A stretch of DNA of 63,963 nucleotides, filler included. It is 7 parts of 7 records of this genome, joined end to end, with 100 filler letters (N's around TTAATTAATTAA, not from the genome) between each part and the next. Parts side by side here need not be neighbours in the genome. Positions count along the whole stretch, not along the records: positions 4,032 to 18,335 come from SRR20825010_1936; positions 18,436 to 25,447 come from SRR20825010_1944; 5 more parts are not named here. One strand, written 5' to 3'. Shown here in pieces: positions 10,558 through 21,035 of the stretch. The notes beneath the pieces were generated by a model that did not search any database, was not told where the DNA came from, and was given only the letters and a program-made list of their open reading frames with translations. The translations under genes and the position numbers were made by a program. The first letter of the stretch is position 1. Each line of letters opens with the position of its first letter.

Positions 10558-13287
10558 TTAGAAGCGCGCGGTCAGGTCAATACCCCATGTGCTGGGCTCT
10601 TCAATGCCCGTGATGGGCGCACCGAAGGTATCAACAGCAAGACCACCTGCACCACCACGGTAGCGGTTGGCAAAAATGTTGCGCGCAAACACGGAAACGC
10701 TGAGATCATCGTCCGGGTTTGACCAGCTGATCCGCGCGTTGGTGAAGTTACGAGCTTCGCCGGTTTCCCACGTCACGCTGCCCCATGTCACCGTCCCACA
10801 AGAGCCATCTGCGATACATTCCCCGTTTTCACGGCGTGCGCTTGTGTAGCTGTGGTCTGCATGGAGGGTGATCGAGCCCGCCGTATCGCTGAGTGCAAAG
10901 GTATAATCACCACCGAAGGATACACGTGTTGAAGGTTCGCCTGTGGGGTCGCCTTCAGCAGATTTGCCGCAACTCTCAGTGCAGGTAATGTCCTGATAGC
11001 CACCGTTCGCGAAGAACCGCAGGCCCGCAACAGGTGCCCACAGCAGTTCCACGTCGATACCTTTACCCGATACATCCTGGTTTTGGGTCACATAGCGCGG
11101 CACGCTTGAGGCATCGACCTCCACAAGACGGATCGACTGTTTGTCGTTATATTTATACTTCCAGCCCGCAATGTTGAACCTGACGCGGTTATCAAACCAC
11201 TGGGATTTGAGGCCGGCTTCAACGTTCCAGACCTTCTCATTATCGAAGTAGCTGTTGATTTCTACACTGTTGAAACCACCGGCTTTGTAGCCGCGCGCGT
11301 AGGACGCATAGAGCATGGCGTCGTCTGTGATGCGGTAATCAAGCGCAATGCGGGGGCTGAAGTTATCCCAGCTTTCTTCTCTCGTGAGCGGAACACCCTC
11401 AAGGCCCCCAACGTCAAAGACAATATCGCCCGACGCTGTTGGGCCCACAAAAGCCTGGAAGATGCTTGTGAGCAACTGCTGCTGGATATCAGCCAGGTTG
11501 CCAATGCCAGGGATTTCAAGCCTTGCACTGCCGGAAATTTCCCGGCGGTCGTTGAACCACTCCCATGATTTCTTGTCCTTGGTGTAACGGGCACCGGCGT
11601 TGATGTTGAACCGGTCGGTCACCGCGAAGGTCACGTCCGCGAAAGCAGCATAGGCCTTGAAGGTGCCCTCACCATACATGGTTTCTGTCCATGTGCGGCC
11701 GCTCATGGTCGTCAGACCAAGATTGGCAATCTCTTCCAGAGAGAGACCGGGCAAGCCTGGATCGATACAGTTAAGCGGCAGGCTGTTGAAACCGATAAAA
11801 CCGCCAAGGCTGTCAAGGAACCGGCTTTCGCACGTGTTGATACCATCAAGCGGGTTAAAGCTCGCCGCCAGCACACCCGGCGTGACACCAAGGTTATAGA
11901 GCACAGTGTCGATCGAATCCGTGGTGGCGTGGGTTTCGGACCGCTGTTTTGCATTTTCCCAATAATAGCTGAGGCCTGCGGTCCATGTCAGGGCGCCAGA
12001 GACACCGTTAAGTCGCAGTTCCTGATAGAAATGCTCGTTCTCTTCCACGTTGTTAGTGTCAAAATAGAAATCAGGGTCGGCTGTGCCGTCCTCTTCTTCC
12101 AGATTGTTGGTGGAGAACTTCTTGAACGCGGACAGGGACGTCAGTGTCGCCCAGCCAAAATCATGCGTAACATTGAGCGTGAAGGCGTCCAGATCGCGGT
12201 TTTCTTCACCGTTTGCCACATCGCTCGCGATCGGGCCCAAGGGGTCCGCACCACCAACGCTTGAAGCATCACGGAAGAAGTTCCAGTCTGCATTCGGGTT
12301 TGAAGGCGTATAGCCAAAGGCGCCAAAACCGCCATAGATAGCCCCGAGCGGTATACCGTAGAGCACATCAAGCGGGGTGTCTTTGGTGATGGGCAGGCCA
12401 AGAAGTGGTGCTACGCCCGCGAGAAAATCACCATGCCCCGGCAGGTCACCCACCGTTTCAGCGCCAACGGGCGCCCGCAGGCTACCGTCTGAAACGCCGA
12501 TCTGCGGTTCATCCTCATCCTGTTCCGTATGATCAAATTCATACGCCAGATTGACAGTTGTCCGGTCTGATGGCTCCCACCGGAACTGCAAGCGGCCGGT
12601 GACGTTTTCTTCACGGCCATAATCATCGCCCGTGACAGCGTCTTTCACATACCCGTCCTGCTTGTTGATCAGGAAGTTGGCCCGCATGGCGACAGTGTCC
12701 GTCAGTGGCAGGTTAAGCATGCCGTCAAACTGCTGCTTGTCGAACCGGCCGTACCTGAGCCGCACTTGCGCCTCGGTTTCACCGATCACCGGCTTGCGGG
12801 TGATGACAGAGATGGCCCCCGCCGCTGTGTTACGACCAAACAATGTGCCTTGCGGGCCTTTCAGCACTTCAACACGCTCGATATCCGAGAAGAAGATGAT
12901 GCCCGCACCGGAACGAGAGGCATAAACACCGTCGATAAACACACCAACGGCCGGGTCTGTCCCAACACCAAAATCACTGGTCTGAACGCCGCGCAGGCGG
13001 AAGCTCGGCTGCGTCACACCGCTGATTTCAAGGCCGGGCGTATAGGTTGAAATATCACGCAGGTCTTCCGCGCCGACATTTTGAAGAAAATCGCCTGAAA
13101 AGGCGTTAAGCGTGATGGGTACATCCTGAGCGGACTGCTCGCGCTTTTGCGCGGTGATGGTAATTTCCTCAAGCGAGAACATGTCCTCGCTGGTTTCGTC
13201 TTGTGCGTTTGCGGGTGCTGCTAGACCACACACGACCCCAACGCTGACACCAAGCATCAAGGTCTTCTTAAAACGTTTAGTACACAT
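10558..13287 (-). CDS. TonB-dependent receptor
   Basis: Signal peptide, TonB-box-like EEITITAQKRE, plug motif IERVEVLKGPQGTLFGRN, GYKAGGFN, C-terminal Phe. Confidence 0.95.
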   Translation of the reverse strand: MCTKRFKKTLMLGVSVGVVCGLAAPANAQDETSEDMFSLEEITITAQKREQSAQDVPITLNAFSGDFLQNVGAEDLRDISTYTPGLEISGVTQPSFRLRGVQTSDFGVGTDPAVGVFIDGVYASRSGAGIIFFSDIERVEVLKGPQGTLFGRNTAAGAISVITRKPVIGETEAQVRLRYGRFDKQQFDGMLNLPLTDTVAMRANFLINKQDGYVKDAVTGDDYGREENVTGRLQFRWEPSDRTTVNLAYEFDHTEQDEDEPQIGVSDGSLRAPVGAETVGDLPGHGDFLAGVAPLLGLPITKDTPLDVLYGIPLGAIYGGFGAFGYTPSNPNADWNFFRDASSVGGADPLGPIASDVANGEENRDLDAFTLNVTHDFGWATLTSLSAFKKFSTNNLEEEDGTADPDFYFDTNNVEENEHFYQELRLNGVSGALTWTAGLSYYWENAKQRSETHATTDSIDTVLYNLGVTPGVLAASFNPLDGINTCESRFLDSLGGFIGFNSLPLNCIDPGLPGLSLEEIANLGLTTMSGRTWTETMYGEGTFKAYAAFADVTFAVTDRFNINAGARYTKDKKSWEWFNDRREISGSARLEIPGIGNLADIQQQLLTSIFQAFVGPTASGDIVFDVGGLEGVPLTREESWDNFSPRIALDYRITDDAMLYASYARGYKAGGFNSVEINSYFDNEKVWNVEAGLKSQWFDNRVRFNIAGWKYKYNDKQSIRLVEVDASSVPRYVTQNQDVSGKGIDVELLWAPVAGLRFFANGGYQDITCTESCGKSAEGDPTGEPSTRVSFGGDYTFALSDTAGSITLHADHSYTSARRENGECIADGSCGTVTWGSVTWETGEARNFTNARISWSNPDDDLSVSVFARNIFANRYRGGAGGLAVDTFGAPITGIEEPSTWGIDLTARF

Positions 13288-13412
13288 ATGGGCTCCCCTC
13301 CCTTTCGAGCAGTGGTCTGGCTGCCACCGCGTTTACGACCCCAAACGGCAGTTCGCCCATTGCCTTGTTTGGCAACGGGCACATGCCGCCTCAAAATGTC
13401 ACTACGCAACTA

Positions 13413-14477
13413 TCACTCAATACTGTTAATCCATTCTTTCAACAGGTTAATACCTTCTTCATGCACAGTGGTTCGGCCCACTTCCGGCATCATGACGCCG
13501 GGATCGGTGGACTTAAGCCTGTGGATCAAGATCGATTGCTCGGGCTTGCCGGGCATAATGTCATAGTCAAACCCGCCAGAGCCACGGCCCGCCGCCACGG
13601 GGCGCTTTTTATATCCCCATGCGGTTTTGTTATCTTCTGCCCAGGTGAGGAACAGGCCGGATGTTGACGCTGGCCCTTCAAGCCGGTGGCAATGCGCGCA
13701 GTTGATATCAAGATAGGCGCGGGCGCGGGCGTTCAGGTCCGCGCTTTCATCATCCATCGCTGGTACTTTTGGCGCATCCTCATGTGCTGGTGCGCCCGTG
13801 AGGATTCCCGCTTCACTCCAATATGCAAGCTGGTTGGCTGCGCCGCCCTCATAAGGGTAGGTTTTGTTGAGGTTTCTGGCCTTCGGGCCAATGGGTGTGA
13901 ATTCTTTATTGAACGTGTGGCAGCCTTTGCACTGGTTCTTGTTCGGCACCACATAATTGGTTTGCCGAGAAGCACCCGCTTTATCGGTCCACGCAACGGG
14001 AAGCGTTTTCCCCGCCACCTTCAAAACACCGTCCTGCTTTTCTTCGTCCCAAACATAAGCCCAGGCGTTCCAGCCCTTTTCCTGATGGATCAGAAGGCGG
14101 GTCTCGATAATGCGGACGCTTTTGGATGGCTCACGGAAGTCAGCCGGGTAGGCAAAGGTTTTGATCAGTGTGGTGCCAACAGGGAACTCAAAGGCTTCAG
14201 CGTCATTATAAACGGCCTTCTGGCCCTTTGGCACATAAACAAAACGGTATTTGTGCGCATAGTCGGTAAACAGAGGGGTGATAAGATCGTAGGGCACCAC
14301 CCCCTCTGCCGGGGCCTGATGCACAGCATCAGAAAACAGACCATATTCAGATAATAGTTTAGCGGGCCGCGCGCTCATGAGCGCGGCATCATTGACCTCT
14401 GCACCCGCCGGTACAGCCGTGATTACGACAAGCGAACAAAGGCCAAAAACAAGCTTACTCAAAACACGTCTGAACAA
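13413..14477 (-). CDS. Secreted di-heme c-type cytochrome (SO2930-like family)
   Basis: Signal peptide; two CxxCH motifs (CKGCH, CAHCH); PLFTDYAHKYRF, FPVGT.LIKTF, ETRLL, ARAYLDINCAHCH. Confidence 0.85.
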   Translation of the reverse strand: MFRRVLSKLVFGLCSLVVITAVPAGAEVNDAALMSARPAKLLSEYGLFSDAVHQAPAEGVVPYDLITPLFTDYAHKYRFVYVPKGQKAVYNDAEAFEFPVGTTLIKTFAYPADFREPSKSVRIIETRLLIHQEKGWNAWAYVWDEEKQDGVLKVAGKTLPVAWTDKAGASRQTNYVVPNKNQCKGCHTFNKEFTPIGPKARNLNKTYPYEGGAANQLAYWSEAGILTGAPAHEDAPKVPAMDDESADLNARARAYLDINCAHCHRLEGPASTSGLFLTWAEDNKTAWGYKKRPVAAGRGSGGFDYDIMPGKPEQSILIHRLKSTDPGVMMPEVGRTTVHEEGINLLKEWINSIE

Positions 14478-14514
14478 TGGCAGCTCTCCTTATCTCCTGT
14501 TTTAAACGTGCCGC

Positions 14515-15747
14515 TTATTGTTCCTGCGGCAGGCTAATCGGCTCGCGGGAGGGGAAAGAGCCATCATAGTTTTTGATATCCGTGTCAGGTGACGCCCCCC
14601 ACGGCAGCACCATATCTTTCACGAACTGCAGGTTGGCAAAAGTGGTGCCTTCTGGCTCGCGGATATAAATTGCCTGATCATCATCCGGGCCAAAGAAGGC
14701 CGCCCAGACACCGTCAACCGCACCGTCCCACACAATTTGGGGGACCGGCATGCCGGTAGCAGGTGCAATCAGGTCCTTGACCGCACCATCTGGGTTATAA
14801 CCTGCGCGCCCGTGTTTGTTGTCGTGCACATAGATAGCGCGCGGCAGCGGATTATAGGTCGGGTCATTATATTCGCGCGGGTATGCGGCCAACAGGATGT
14901 TGGTTGAAGCATTTTCGCTGAGCTCATTGTCAAAAATTTCAATCTCACGGTTCGCCATCACCATGATGCCGGTGCCCATGGGAACGGTTGCGATGATGTT
15001 GCCGGGGGGCGCGAAATTTGGTGTGTCATTCGCCACAACCGTGTTGCCAAACACCCGCACCGAATGCCCGCCCATTTGCGGCAGGTTGGGAAGGTCAAAC
15101 ACCAATATGCCGCCTGTGTTGTGGGTGGCGACATTATTATAAACATCTGCGCGGTAGCTGTTCTCGATTTCGATACCAGCCACATTCAATTCCGCGCGGC
15201 TGTTGCGCACGATGATGTCCTGGCTTTGACCAACATAGATGCCTGCGTCAGAGCAGCCTTTCACGACAGCGCCGTCGATCAGGACATTTTTGGATTCGAC
15301 CGGATAAAGGCCATAAGCCCCGTTTTCAGGGTGTGGCCCGCGGGTCCATTCAACCCGCACATTAATGAAGGAGATCTGGTCTACGCCTTTGGCTTTAATG
15401 CCGTCGCCGGGCGTATCCTCAACCGCAAGCGCTTCAACGCGCACGCCGTCAGAGGTAATAAGAAGGCCTTCGGAACCGCTGATCTGGTTCTTAAACGACA
15501 GTACCGTCTCATTCATACCCGCACCGCGAATGGTCACATTCGGCACATCAAGGGAAAGTGCGTTTGTCAGCTCATAAAATCCGGCCTTCAGCTCAATAGT
15601 GCTGCCCGGTTCTGCCAGGATAAGAGCTTCCTGCAGCGCTTCCTGAACATTCTCACCCGGCTCGATTTCGATAACCTGCTGCGAGAATGCCGGCGCGCCA
15701 GCCGTGCCAAATGCGAGCACAAAAAATGCGATAATCAGTTTCTTCAT
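14515..15747 (-). CDS. Secreted parallel beta-helix repeat protein
   Basis: Signal peptide; NGAYGLYPV, SDAGIYVGQS, NVAGIEIENS and NTGGILVFDLP repeats, typical of the partner of the SO2930-like cytochrome. Confidence 0.85.
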   Translation of the reverse strand: MKKLIIAFFVLAFGTAGAPAFSQQVIEIEPGENVQEALQEALILAEPGSTIELKAGFYELTNALSLDVPNVTIRGAGMNETVLSFKNQISGSEGLLITSDGVRVEALAVEDTPGDGIKAKGVDQISFINVRVEWTRGPHPENGAYGLYPVESKNVLIDGAVVKGCSDAGIYVGQSQDIIVRNSRAELNVAGIEIENSYRADVYNNVATHNTGGILVFDLPNLPQMGGHSVRVFGNTVVANDTPNFAPPGNIIATVPMGTGIMVMANREIEIFDNELSENASTNILLAAYPREYNDPTYNPLPRAIYVHDNKHGRAGYNPDGAVKDLIAPATGMPVPQIVWDGAVDGVWAAFFGPDDDQAIYIREPEGTTFANLQFVKDMVLPWGASPDTDIKNYDGSFPSREPISLPQEQ

Positions 15748-15791
15748 TGTTTCCCCCTAAGGCTTCCGCCCTGGATATCCATCACTCATCC

Positions 15792-15810
15792 ATCAATGGA
15801 ATCCATTAAT
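15792..15810. promoter_or_regulatory. Candidate TetR operator
   Basis: Inverted repeat ATCAATGGA-A-TCCATTAAT (8/9 match) in the divergent intergenic region. Confidence 0.35.
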
Positions 15811-15940
15811 TTCAGTATTGATCATGCGCTCATCATAATCGTTCGTCAAGAAAAAGTGAAATTCTTTCATTTTCTCATTATTGGACTATGGTGGCATATG
15901 AAGCTAAGAATAAAACCGTACCCGGGTTGCTGGAGCCTTC

Positions 15941-16546
15941 GTGAAACCGAGAACACCTAAAAAGCTGCCTACGCAGGCACGCGCGATTGAGCGCCGCGAC
16001 AAGATTTTGTCTGCGGCGGAAGCTTTGTTGCTGGAAGGTGGGCCACAGTCTGTAACCACGACCACAATCGCACAAGCCGCCGAAATTCCTGTCGGTTCGA
16101 TCTACCAGTATTTCGAAGATAAAGACGATGTGATCTCAACGCTTTATGACACCGCCTATGGCGAGGTGGAAGGCGAGGTCGTCACCGTTATGGTTGGCAT
16201 CGAGCACGGGCTGGGTTTCAAGGAAACACATGAACGACTGGTCCGTGCCTTTTGGCAAGCCGCGCGTGCCCACAAAACTTTTCGTCCGCTCACACGCTGG
16301 GCCAACAGCCAACGGTCCCTTTGGGATGCAACACCCGGCCCTGAAAGCAGCCTTGGGCAACTGGTTATCAAAACGCTTGAGATCGCAGGTGTCACATTGC
16401 CCGATGACCGGCGCGAAGCGATGCTGCGCACCATTGTCACCACACTTTCTGTGTTGATCGACCAGGCGATTGAGGAAGATGATGAGGACACCGCAGAAAC
16501 GCTGATTCTGGAAATGGCGCGGATGCTCTCCCTCTACGTCGGCTGA
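15941..16546 (+). CDS. TetR/AcrR-family regulator
   Basis: N-terminal HTH TTTTIAQAAEIPVGSIYQYFEDK; divergent from the beta-helix operon. Confidence 0.92.
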   Translation: MKPRTPKKLPTQARAIERRDKILSAAEALLLEGGPQSVTTTTIAQAAEIPVGSIYQYFEDKDDVISTLYDTAYGEVEGEVVTVMVGIEHGLGFKETHERLVRAFWQAARAHKTFRPLTRWANSQRSLWDATPGPESSLGQLVIKTLEIAGVTLPDDRREAMLRTIVTTLSVLIDQAIEEDDEDTAETLILEMARMLSLYVG

Positions 16547-16612
16547 TAAAAAAGCCGCGCAACCCTGGTACAGGCAACGCGGCTCCCATTAGAATTTAGC
16601 TTAAAACCCAGC

Positions 16613-17758
16613 CTATTCCGTCAGGTCATCCCAAAGGTCCTTGACCTTGGAGAAGAAACCTTCCGAGCGCGGTGAAACACTGTCACCACCTTCAGCGGCA
16701 AACTCTTCCATCAACTCGCGCTGGCGTTTGGACAAGTTGGTCGGCGTTTCCACCACAGTTTCAATGATCATATCACCCGTGAAACCACCATTCAGCTCTG
16801 GCATGCCTTTGCCGCGAAGGCGGAACTGGCGGCCACTTTGCGTGCCGTCCGGCACCTTGATGCGGGCGCGTTTGCCTTCAATGGTTGGCACCTCGATGTC
16901 ACCACCAAGCGTGGCTGTCGACATCGGGATAGGCACCTGACAATAGAGCATGTCACCGTCCCGCTTGAAGAGCGGGTGTGGTCGGATGGAGAGGAAGATA
17001 TAGAGGTCACCGGGCGGTGCACCACGCGAGCCAGCTTCACCTTCGCCTGCAAGACGAATACGGGTGCCTTCTTCAACCCCTTGCGGGATTTTAACCTGAA
17101 GTGTTTTTTCCTTGCGAACACGACCAGCACCTGAGCACGACCGGCAAGGGTTCAGGATCACACTGCCGTTGCCGTGGCATTTAGGGCAGGTGCGTTCCAC
17201 CATGAAAAAGCCCTGGCTTGCCCGAACCTTACCCGCACCACCACAGGTGTCACACACCTCGGGTTTGGAGCCAGGTTCAGCGCCTGAGCCACTACAAGGT
17301 TCACACGGAACCGAAGTGGGCACGCGGATCTGATCGGTTTTGCCCCGGTAAGCGTCCTCGAGGTTGATTTCCATATTGAAGCGCAGGTCATTACCGCGCC
17401 CGGCTGCGGCACCACCGCCACGGCGCCTGCGGCCACCGCCGCCCATGAAATCGCCAAAAAACTCTTCAAAGACATCTGAAAAATCAAAACCTGCGCCGCC
17501 ATGACCACCGCGGCCACCGCCGCCCATGCCATGCTCAAATGCTGCATGGCCGTACCGGTCATAAGCCGCACGCTTTTCCGGGTCTTTGAGGACGTCATAA
17601 GCCTCGCCGATTTCCTTGAATTTCTTCTCGGCTTCGGCATCACCCGGATTTTTGTCCGGGTGGTATTGCATCGCCTGCTTACGAAACGCCTTTTTCAGCG
17701 TTGTTTCGTCAGCGTCTTTGCCAACACCTAAAAGCTCGTAATAATCTTGTTTCGACAT
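16613..17758 (-). CDS. dnaJ: Chaperone DnaJ
   Basis: J domain with HPD, G/F-rich region, four CxxCxGxG repeats. Confidence 0.98.
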   Translation of the reverse strand: MSKQDYYELLGVGKDADETTLKKAFRKQAMQYHPDKNPGDAEAEKKFKEIGEAYDVLKDPEKRAAYDRYGHAAFEHGMGGGGRGGHGGAGFDFSDVFEEFFGDFMGGGGRRRRGGGAAAGRGNDLRFNMEINLEDAYRGKTDQIRVPTSVPCEPCSGSGAEPGSKPEVCDTCGGAGKVRASQGFFMVERTCPKCHGNGSVILNPCRSCSGAGRVRKEKTLQVKIPQGVEEGTRIRLAGEGEAGSRGAPPGDLYIFLSIRPHPLFKRDGDMLYCQVPIPMSTATLGGDIEVPTIEGKRARIKVPDGTQSGRQFRLRGKGMPELNGGFTGDMIIETVVETPTNLSKRQRELMEEFAAEGGDSVSPRSEGFFSKVKDLWDDLTE

Positions 17759-17887
17759 AAACGGCTCCCCGCGCTTTTTGCCCCGTCATACCAAAACCTA
17801 GCATCGCGCTTGGCTTAAAATGGTACGCCGCCCGCCACAGTCTTGTGGGAGGCGGCGCCCAAATTGGTATGGCGTCAGGCAGCCATC

Positions 17888-18334
17888 TTATTTCTTGTCG
17901 TTTTCTTCGACTTCTTCAAAGTCTGCGTCCACAATGTCGTCATCGCCTTCTTCCGCAGCTTTCGCTGCAGCGTCAGCCTGCTCTGCGTCGGACGCGCCTT
18001 CTTCCTGGCCAGCTTTGTAGATCTGCTCACCAAGTTTCATGGTTGCCTGTGCAAGCACTTCGGTTTTCTGCTTGATCTCATCGGGCTCATCACCTTCAAG
18101 GGCAGATTTCAGCTCGGTCACAGCGGCCTCAATCGCGGCTTTGTCTGTATCCGTAACTTTGTCCTTGTGCTCTTCAAGGTTTTTCTCAGCCGAATGGATC
18201 AGTGCTTCAGCCTGGTTTTTGGCTTCAACAAGTTCCTTGCGCTTCTTGTCTGCGTCAGCGTTAGCTTCCGCATCCTTGACCATCTGCTCGATATCAGCAT
18301 CGGAGAGACCACCAGATGCCTGAATGCGGATCTG
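17888..18334 (-). CDS. dnaK: Chaperone DnaK, C-terminal part (5' truncated)
   Basis: [26 protein letters not shown]...[12 protein letters not shown]; upstream of dnaJ. Confidence 0.96.
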   Translation of the reverse strand, partial: QIRIQASGGLSDADIEQMVKDAEANADADKKRKELVEAKNQAEALIHSAEKNLEEHKDKVTDTDKAAIEAAVTELKSALEGDEPDEIKQKTEVLAQATMKLGEQIYKAGQEEGASDAEQADAAAKAAEEGDDDIVDADFEEVEENDKK

Positions 18335-18335
18335 C

Positions 18336-18435
18336 NNNNNNNNNNNNNNNNNNNNNNNNNNNNNNNNNNNNNNNNNNNNTTAATTAATTAANNNNNNNNN
18401 NNNNNNNNNNNNNNNNNNNNNNNNNNNNNNNNNNN
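18336..18435. other. Artificial contig spacer
   Basis: N44-TTAATTAATTAA-N44. Confidence 0.98.
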
Positions 18436-19110
18436 GCGTATTGCTTCCTCATCACATTTCCTTTTAAGCAAATCCAGCAGACCATGCTCAGAGTGGTAAC
18501 GTTTGCCATTGAAATTAATGGTAAGTCCCGCGTTCAGAAAAGCATAGTTCCAAAGGAGGTTATCCAGGTATTCCGGTATAAAATGATAATGCTTGAATAT
18601 GCTATCGTCTGGCTCAAAAATGGTGGCCGTACCATTTCGATCTGTGGTTGTTTCAATTTTAGCATCATTGGTTATTTCACCTCTGGTAAACTCCGCTACC
18701 TTGGTTTGCCCCTCCCGAAAGGATTGCACTTTGAAATACGAACTCAACGCATTTACAGCCTTTGTTCCGACCCCATTAAGACCAACTGATTTTTGAAATG
18801 CTCCCGAATCGTATTTTCCTCCCGTGTTTATTTTGGAAACACAATCCACGACTTTTCCCAATGGAATGCCGCGACCATAGTCGCGTACTTCTACTCTACG
18901 ATCAGATACTTTGATGTTTATGGTCTTGCCATGTCCCATCATGTGTTCATCGATGCAGTTATCAATGATCTCCTTTACCAGCACGTAAATCCCGTCATCC
19001 TGTGCCGATCCATCTCCCAGTTTACCAATATACATCCCCGGTCTCAGTCGGATGTGTTCTTTCCAATCCAGCGATTTAATACTGTCCTCAGTATACAGTG
19101 CTTCTGCCAT
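18436..19110 (-). CDS. parE: Type II topoisomerase B subunit (Bacteroidota ParE-like), 3' truncated
   Basis: [54 protein letters not shown] (GHKL ATPase). Confidence 0.8.
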
Positions 19111-19256
19111 TCTTCTAAGTAAAAAAAGGTTAATGATTGAACCTTGAATCAGGTTCAGAACTTGAAATTTATACAAAAATTAGTATCCGCAAAGGATGAC
19201 TTTTCCACACCCTATTAAGGATATGATTGAATTATAAAAGCGTAATAGATTGTTAA

Positions 19257-19688
19257 TCAGTTTGTTTTATTGCGTTGACTTATTAAAAAAATAAGTCCTG
19301 CGATCCATGCCAAAATGAGAAGTGGCCCCAGATAGGTCAGGTAGCCGTAGCTCCCATTCTGAAAATGCGACTGATTGTTGATAATCCCAATGTAACCAAA
19401 AAGGAAGGCCAAATAGAGGTTGAGCACGAATGCGAGCCCTTTGATCCATGCCAAGATATCCTCGGATGAAATAAGTGGTTTCAGTATTCTGTCAAGAAAG
19501 AAATGGAAGACATTGATCAGGAAAAAAGCAGCGATCACTCCGTAAAACAAGTGCTCCTTGTGAATCGACCAACCTGTGAAATCGGGGTTGATATTAACCA
19601 TGATTGGTAAAAAGGAGTAGACGTAAAGCAGGGTAACAAGGAAAACGAAAGACGAAATGATTTTAAGAATTCTGACTGCTTTGATCAT
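19257..19688 (-). CDS. Hypothetical four-TM membrane protein
   Basis: Four hydrophobic segments from ATG 19688; the longer ORF-track extension lies antisense to the sigma factor and is rejected. Confidence 0.65.
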   Translation of the reverse strand: MIKAVRILKIISSFVFLVTLLYVYSFLPIMVNINPDFTGWSIHKEHLFYGVIAAFFLINVFHFFLDRILKPLISSEDILAWIKGLAFVLNLYLAFLFGYIGIINNQSHFQNGSYGYLTYLGPLLILAWIAGLIFLISQRNKTN

Positions 19689-19766
19689 AAAAAAGTTATT
19701 CCTTGTAATTTCCCAATTCCGATTTTCACTAACGCTGCAAAAGTATGTCACCAAATTCACATCACC

Positions 19767-20246
19767 TTGACTGAGCATGATTTTATTGGGGCGATGCAAA
19801 AGCATACCGGGATTATTCATAAGATATTGTATCTGTATCTGGATGACCCGTCGGAGCGTGAAGATTTGGCTCAGGAAATCCAACTTCAGGCTTGGAAGGC
19901 TATTGGCCGTTTTCGGGGAGACTCTCAGTTTTCGACCTGGCTGTATCGTGTGGCATTGAATACGGTTTTTACCTATAATCGAAAACGTAAAATTCTGGTA
20001 ACCTCTTTGGGAAAAACCGATTTTGCCGTATCTCAGCCGGAGCAATCTGACCGATCCATTATACTCCTGCGAGCGATAAAAGGTCTTTCAGATATTGATA
20101 AATCGATTATTACACTTCATTTAGAGGATTACGATAATGGTGAAATCGCTGAGTTGACAGGAATGACGAAAAATAATGTAGGTGTGAAACTGCACCGCAT
20201 CAAAGAACAGCTAAAAACGAAATTAAACCCAATCACTCATGGATGA
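19767..20246 (+). CDS. ECF sigma-70 factor
   Basis: DLAQEI..Q.W, FSTWLYRVALNT (region 2); EIAELTG.TKNNVGVKLHRIK (region 4). Confidence 0.92.
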   Translation: MTEHDFIGAMQKHTGIIHKILYLYLDDPSEREDLAQEIQLQAWKAIGRFRGDSQFSTWLYRVALNTVFTYNRKRKILVTSLGKTDFAVSQPEQSDRSIILLRAIKGLSDIDKSIITLHLEDYDNGEIAELTGMTKNNVGVKLHRIKEQLKTKLNPITHG

Positions 20247-20850
20247 ATTGAAAACATTGTGGGGAGAAATACAATCAGATCAGGAGTTTGAGCTGCTAAC
20301 TTCTCAAAAAATATCTAACTCAATACGTACCCGGTCAAAATCTGTCTTGGCAAAAATGGCAACCAAAGTCTTTTTCCGAACTTGGTTTTGCGTTGGGGTG
20401 GTTGTTCTTCTGGTAGCAGCCATCCCTTTTGTGGCCTTAGCACACATTCAAATCTTACTGACCGTACTATTGATGGCTTATCTGAGTGGTGGCATTCTTC
20501 TTTTTGGCGAGTATCAAAGACTAAAGGAGGCTGTAGCATTGGATCAAAACATCTATGGAGCCTTGAAAATGCATCAAAAACGACTAAAATCGATTCTTCA
20601 TCTCGAGGAGATTGTCAGCCTCCTACTCTATCCAATATCTGCTACAGCCGGATTCTTCGTTGGAATGTATTTATACAACCCAAACACAGAACTGTTAAAC
20701 GAACCAAAAGACTGGTTTTTACTACTAATACCCATGATCGCTTTCACCCCGATTGCCCATTTGATTACGAAACGATGGAACCGACATTCCTTTGGCGCGC
20801 ATCTCAGCGAATTGCAACGGAACATTCAAGAGTTGGAAGAAGGGGTTTGA
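20239..20850 (+). CDS. Membrane protein, probable anti-sigma partner
   Basis: Overlaps the sigma stop; MDELKTLW N-terminus plus four TM helices. Confidence 0.65.
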   Translation: MDELKTLWGEIQSDQEFELLTSQKISNSIRTRSKSVLAKMATKVFFRTWFCVGVVVLLVAAIPFVALAHIQILLTVLLMAYLSGGILLFGEYQRLKEAVALDQNIYGALKMHQKRLKSILHLEEIVSLLLYPISATAGFFVGMYLYNPNTELLNEPKDWFLLLIPMIAFTPIAHLITKRWNRHSFGAHLSELQRNIQELEEGV

Positions 20851-21035
20851 TGGAAAATTGGGATCTCGGGATCTTGGGTTATTTCGTTCAAAGTCAAAAG
20901 CCAGAGGAAAGGCCCCTGCCCTTCATCAACGGTATTCGTTCGTTCATCAAAAATTAGCTAAGCACCTGAACATTATCATTTTATAAGAAACAATAAATGG
21001 ATTACTTGCGACTTCCATATTAACTTAAAAAAACC

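Noticed and set aside
19689-20045. Extended N-terminus of the minus-strand membrane protein ORF
   Set aside because: Lies antisense to the ECF sigma gene; the hydrophobic protein starts at 19688
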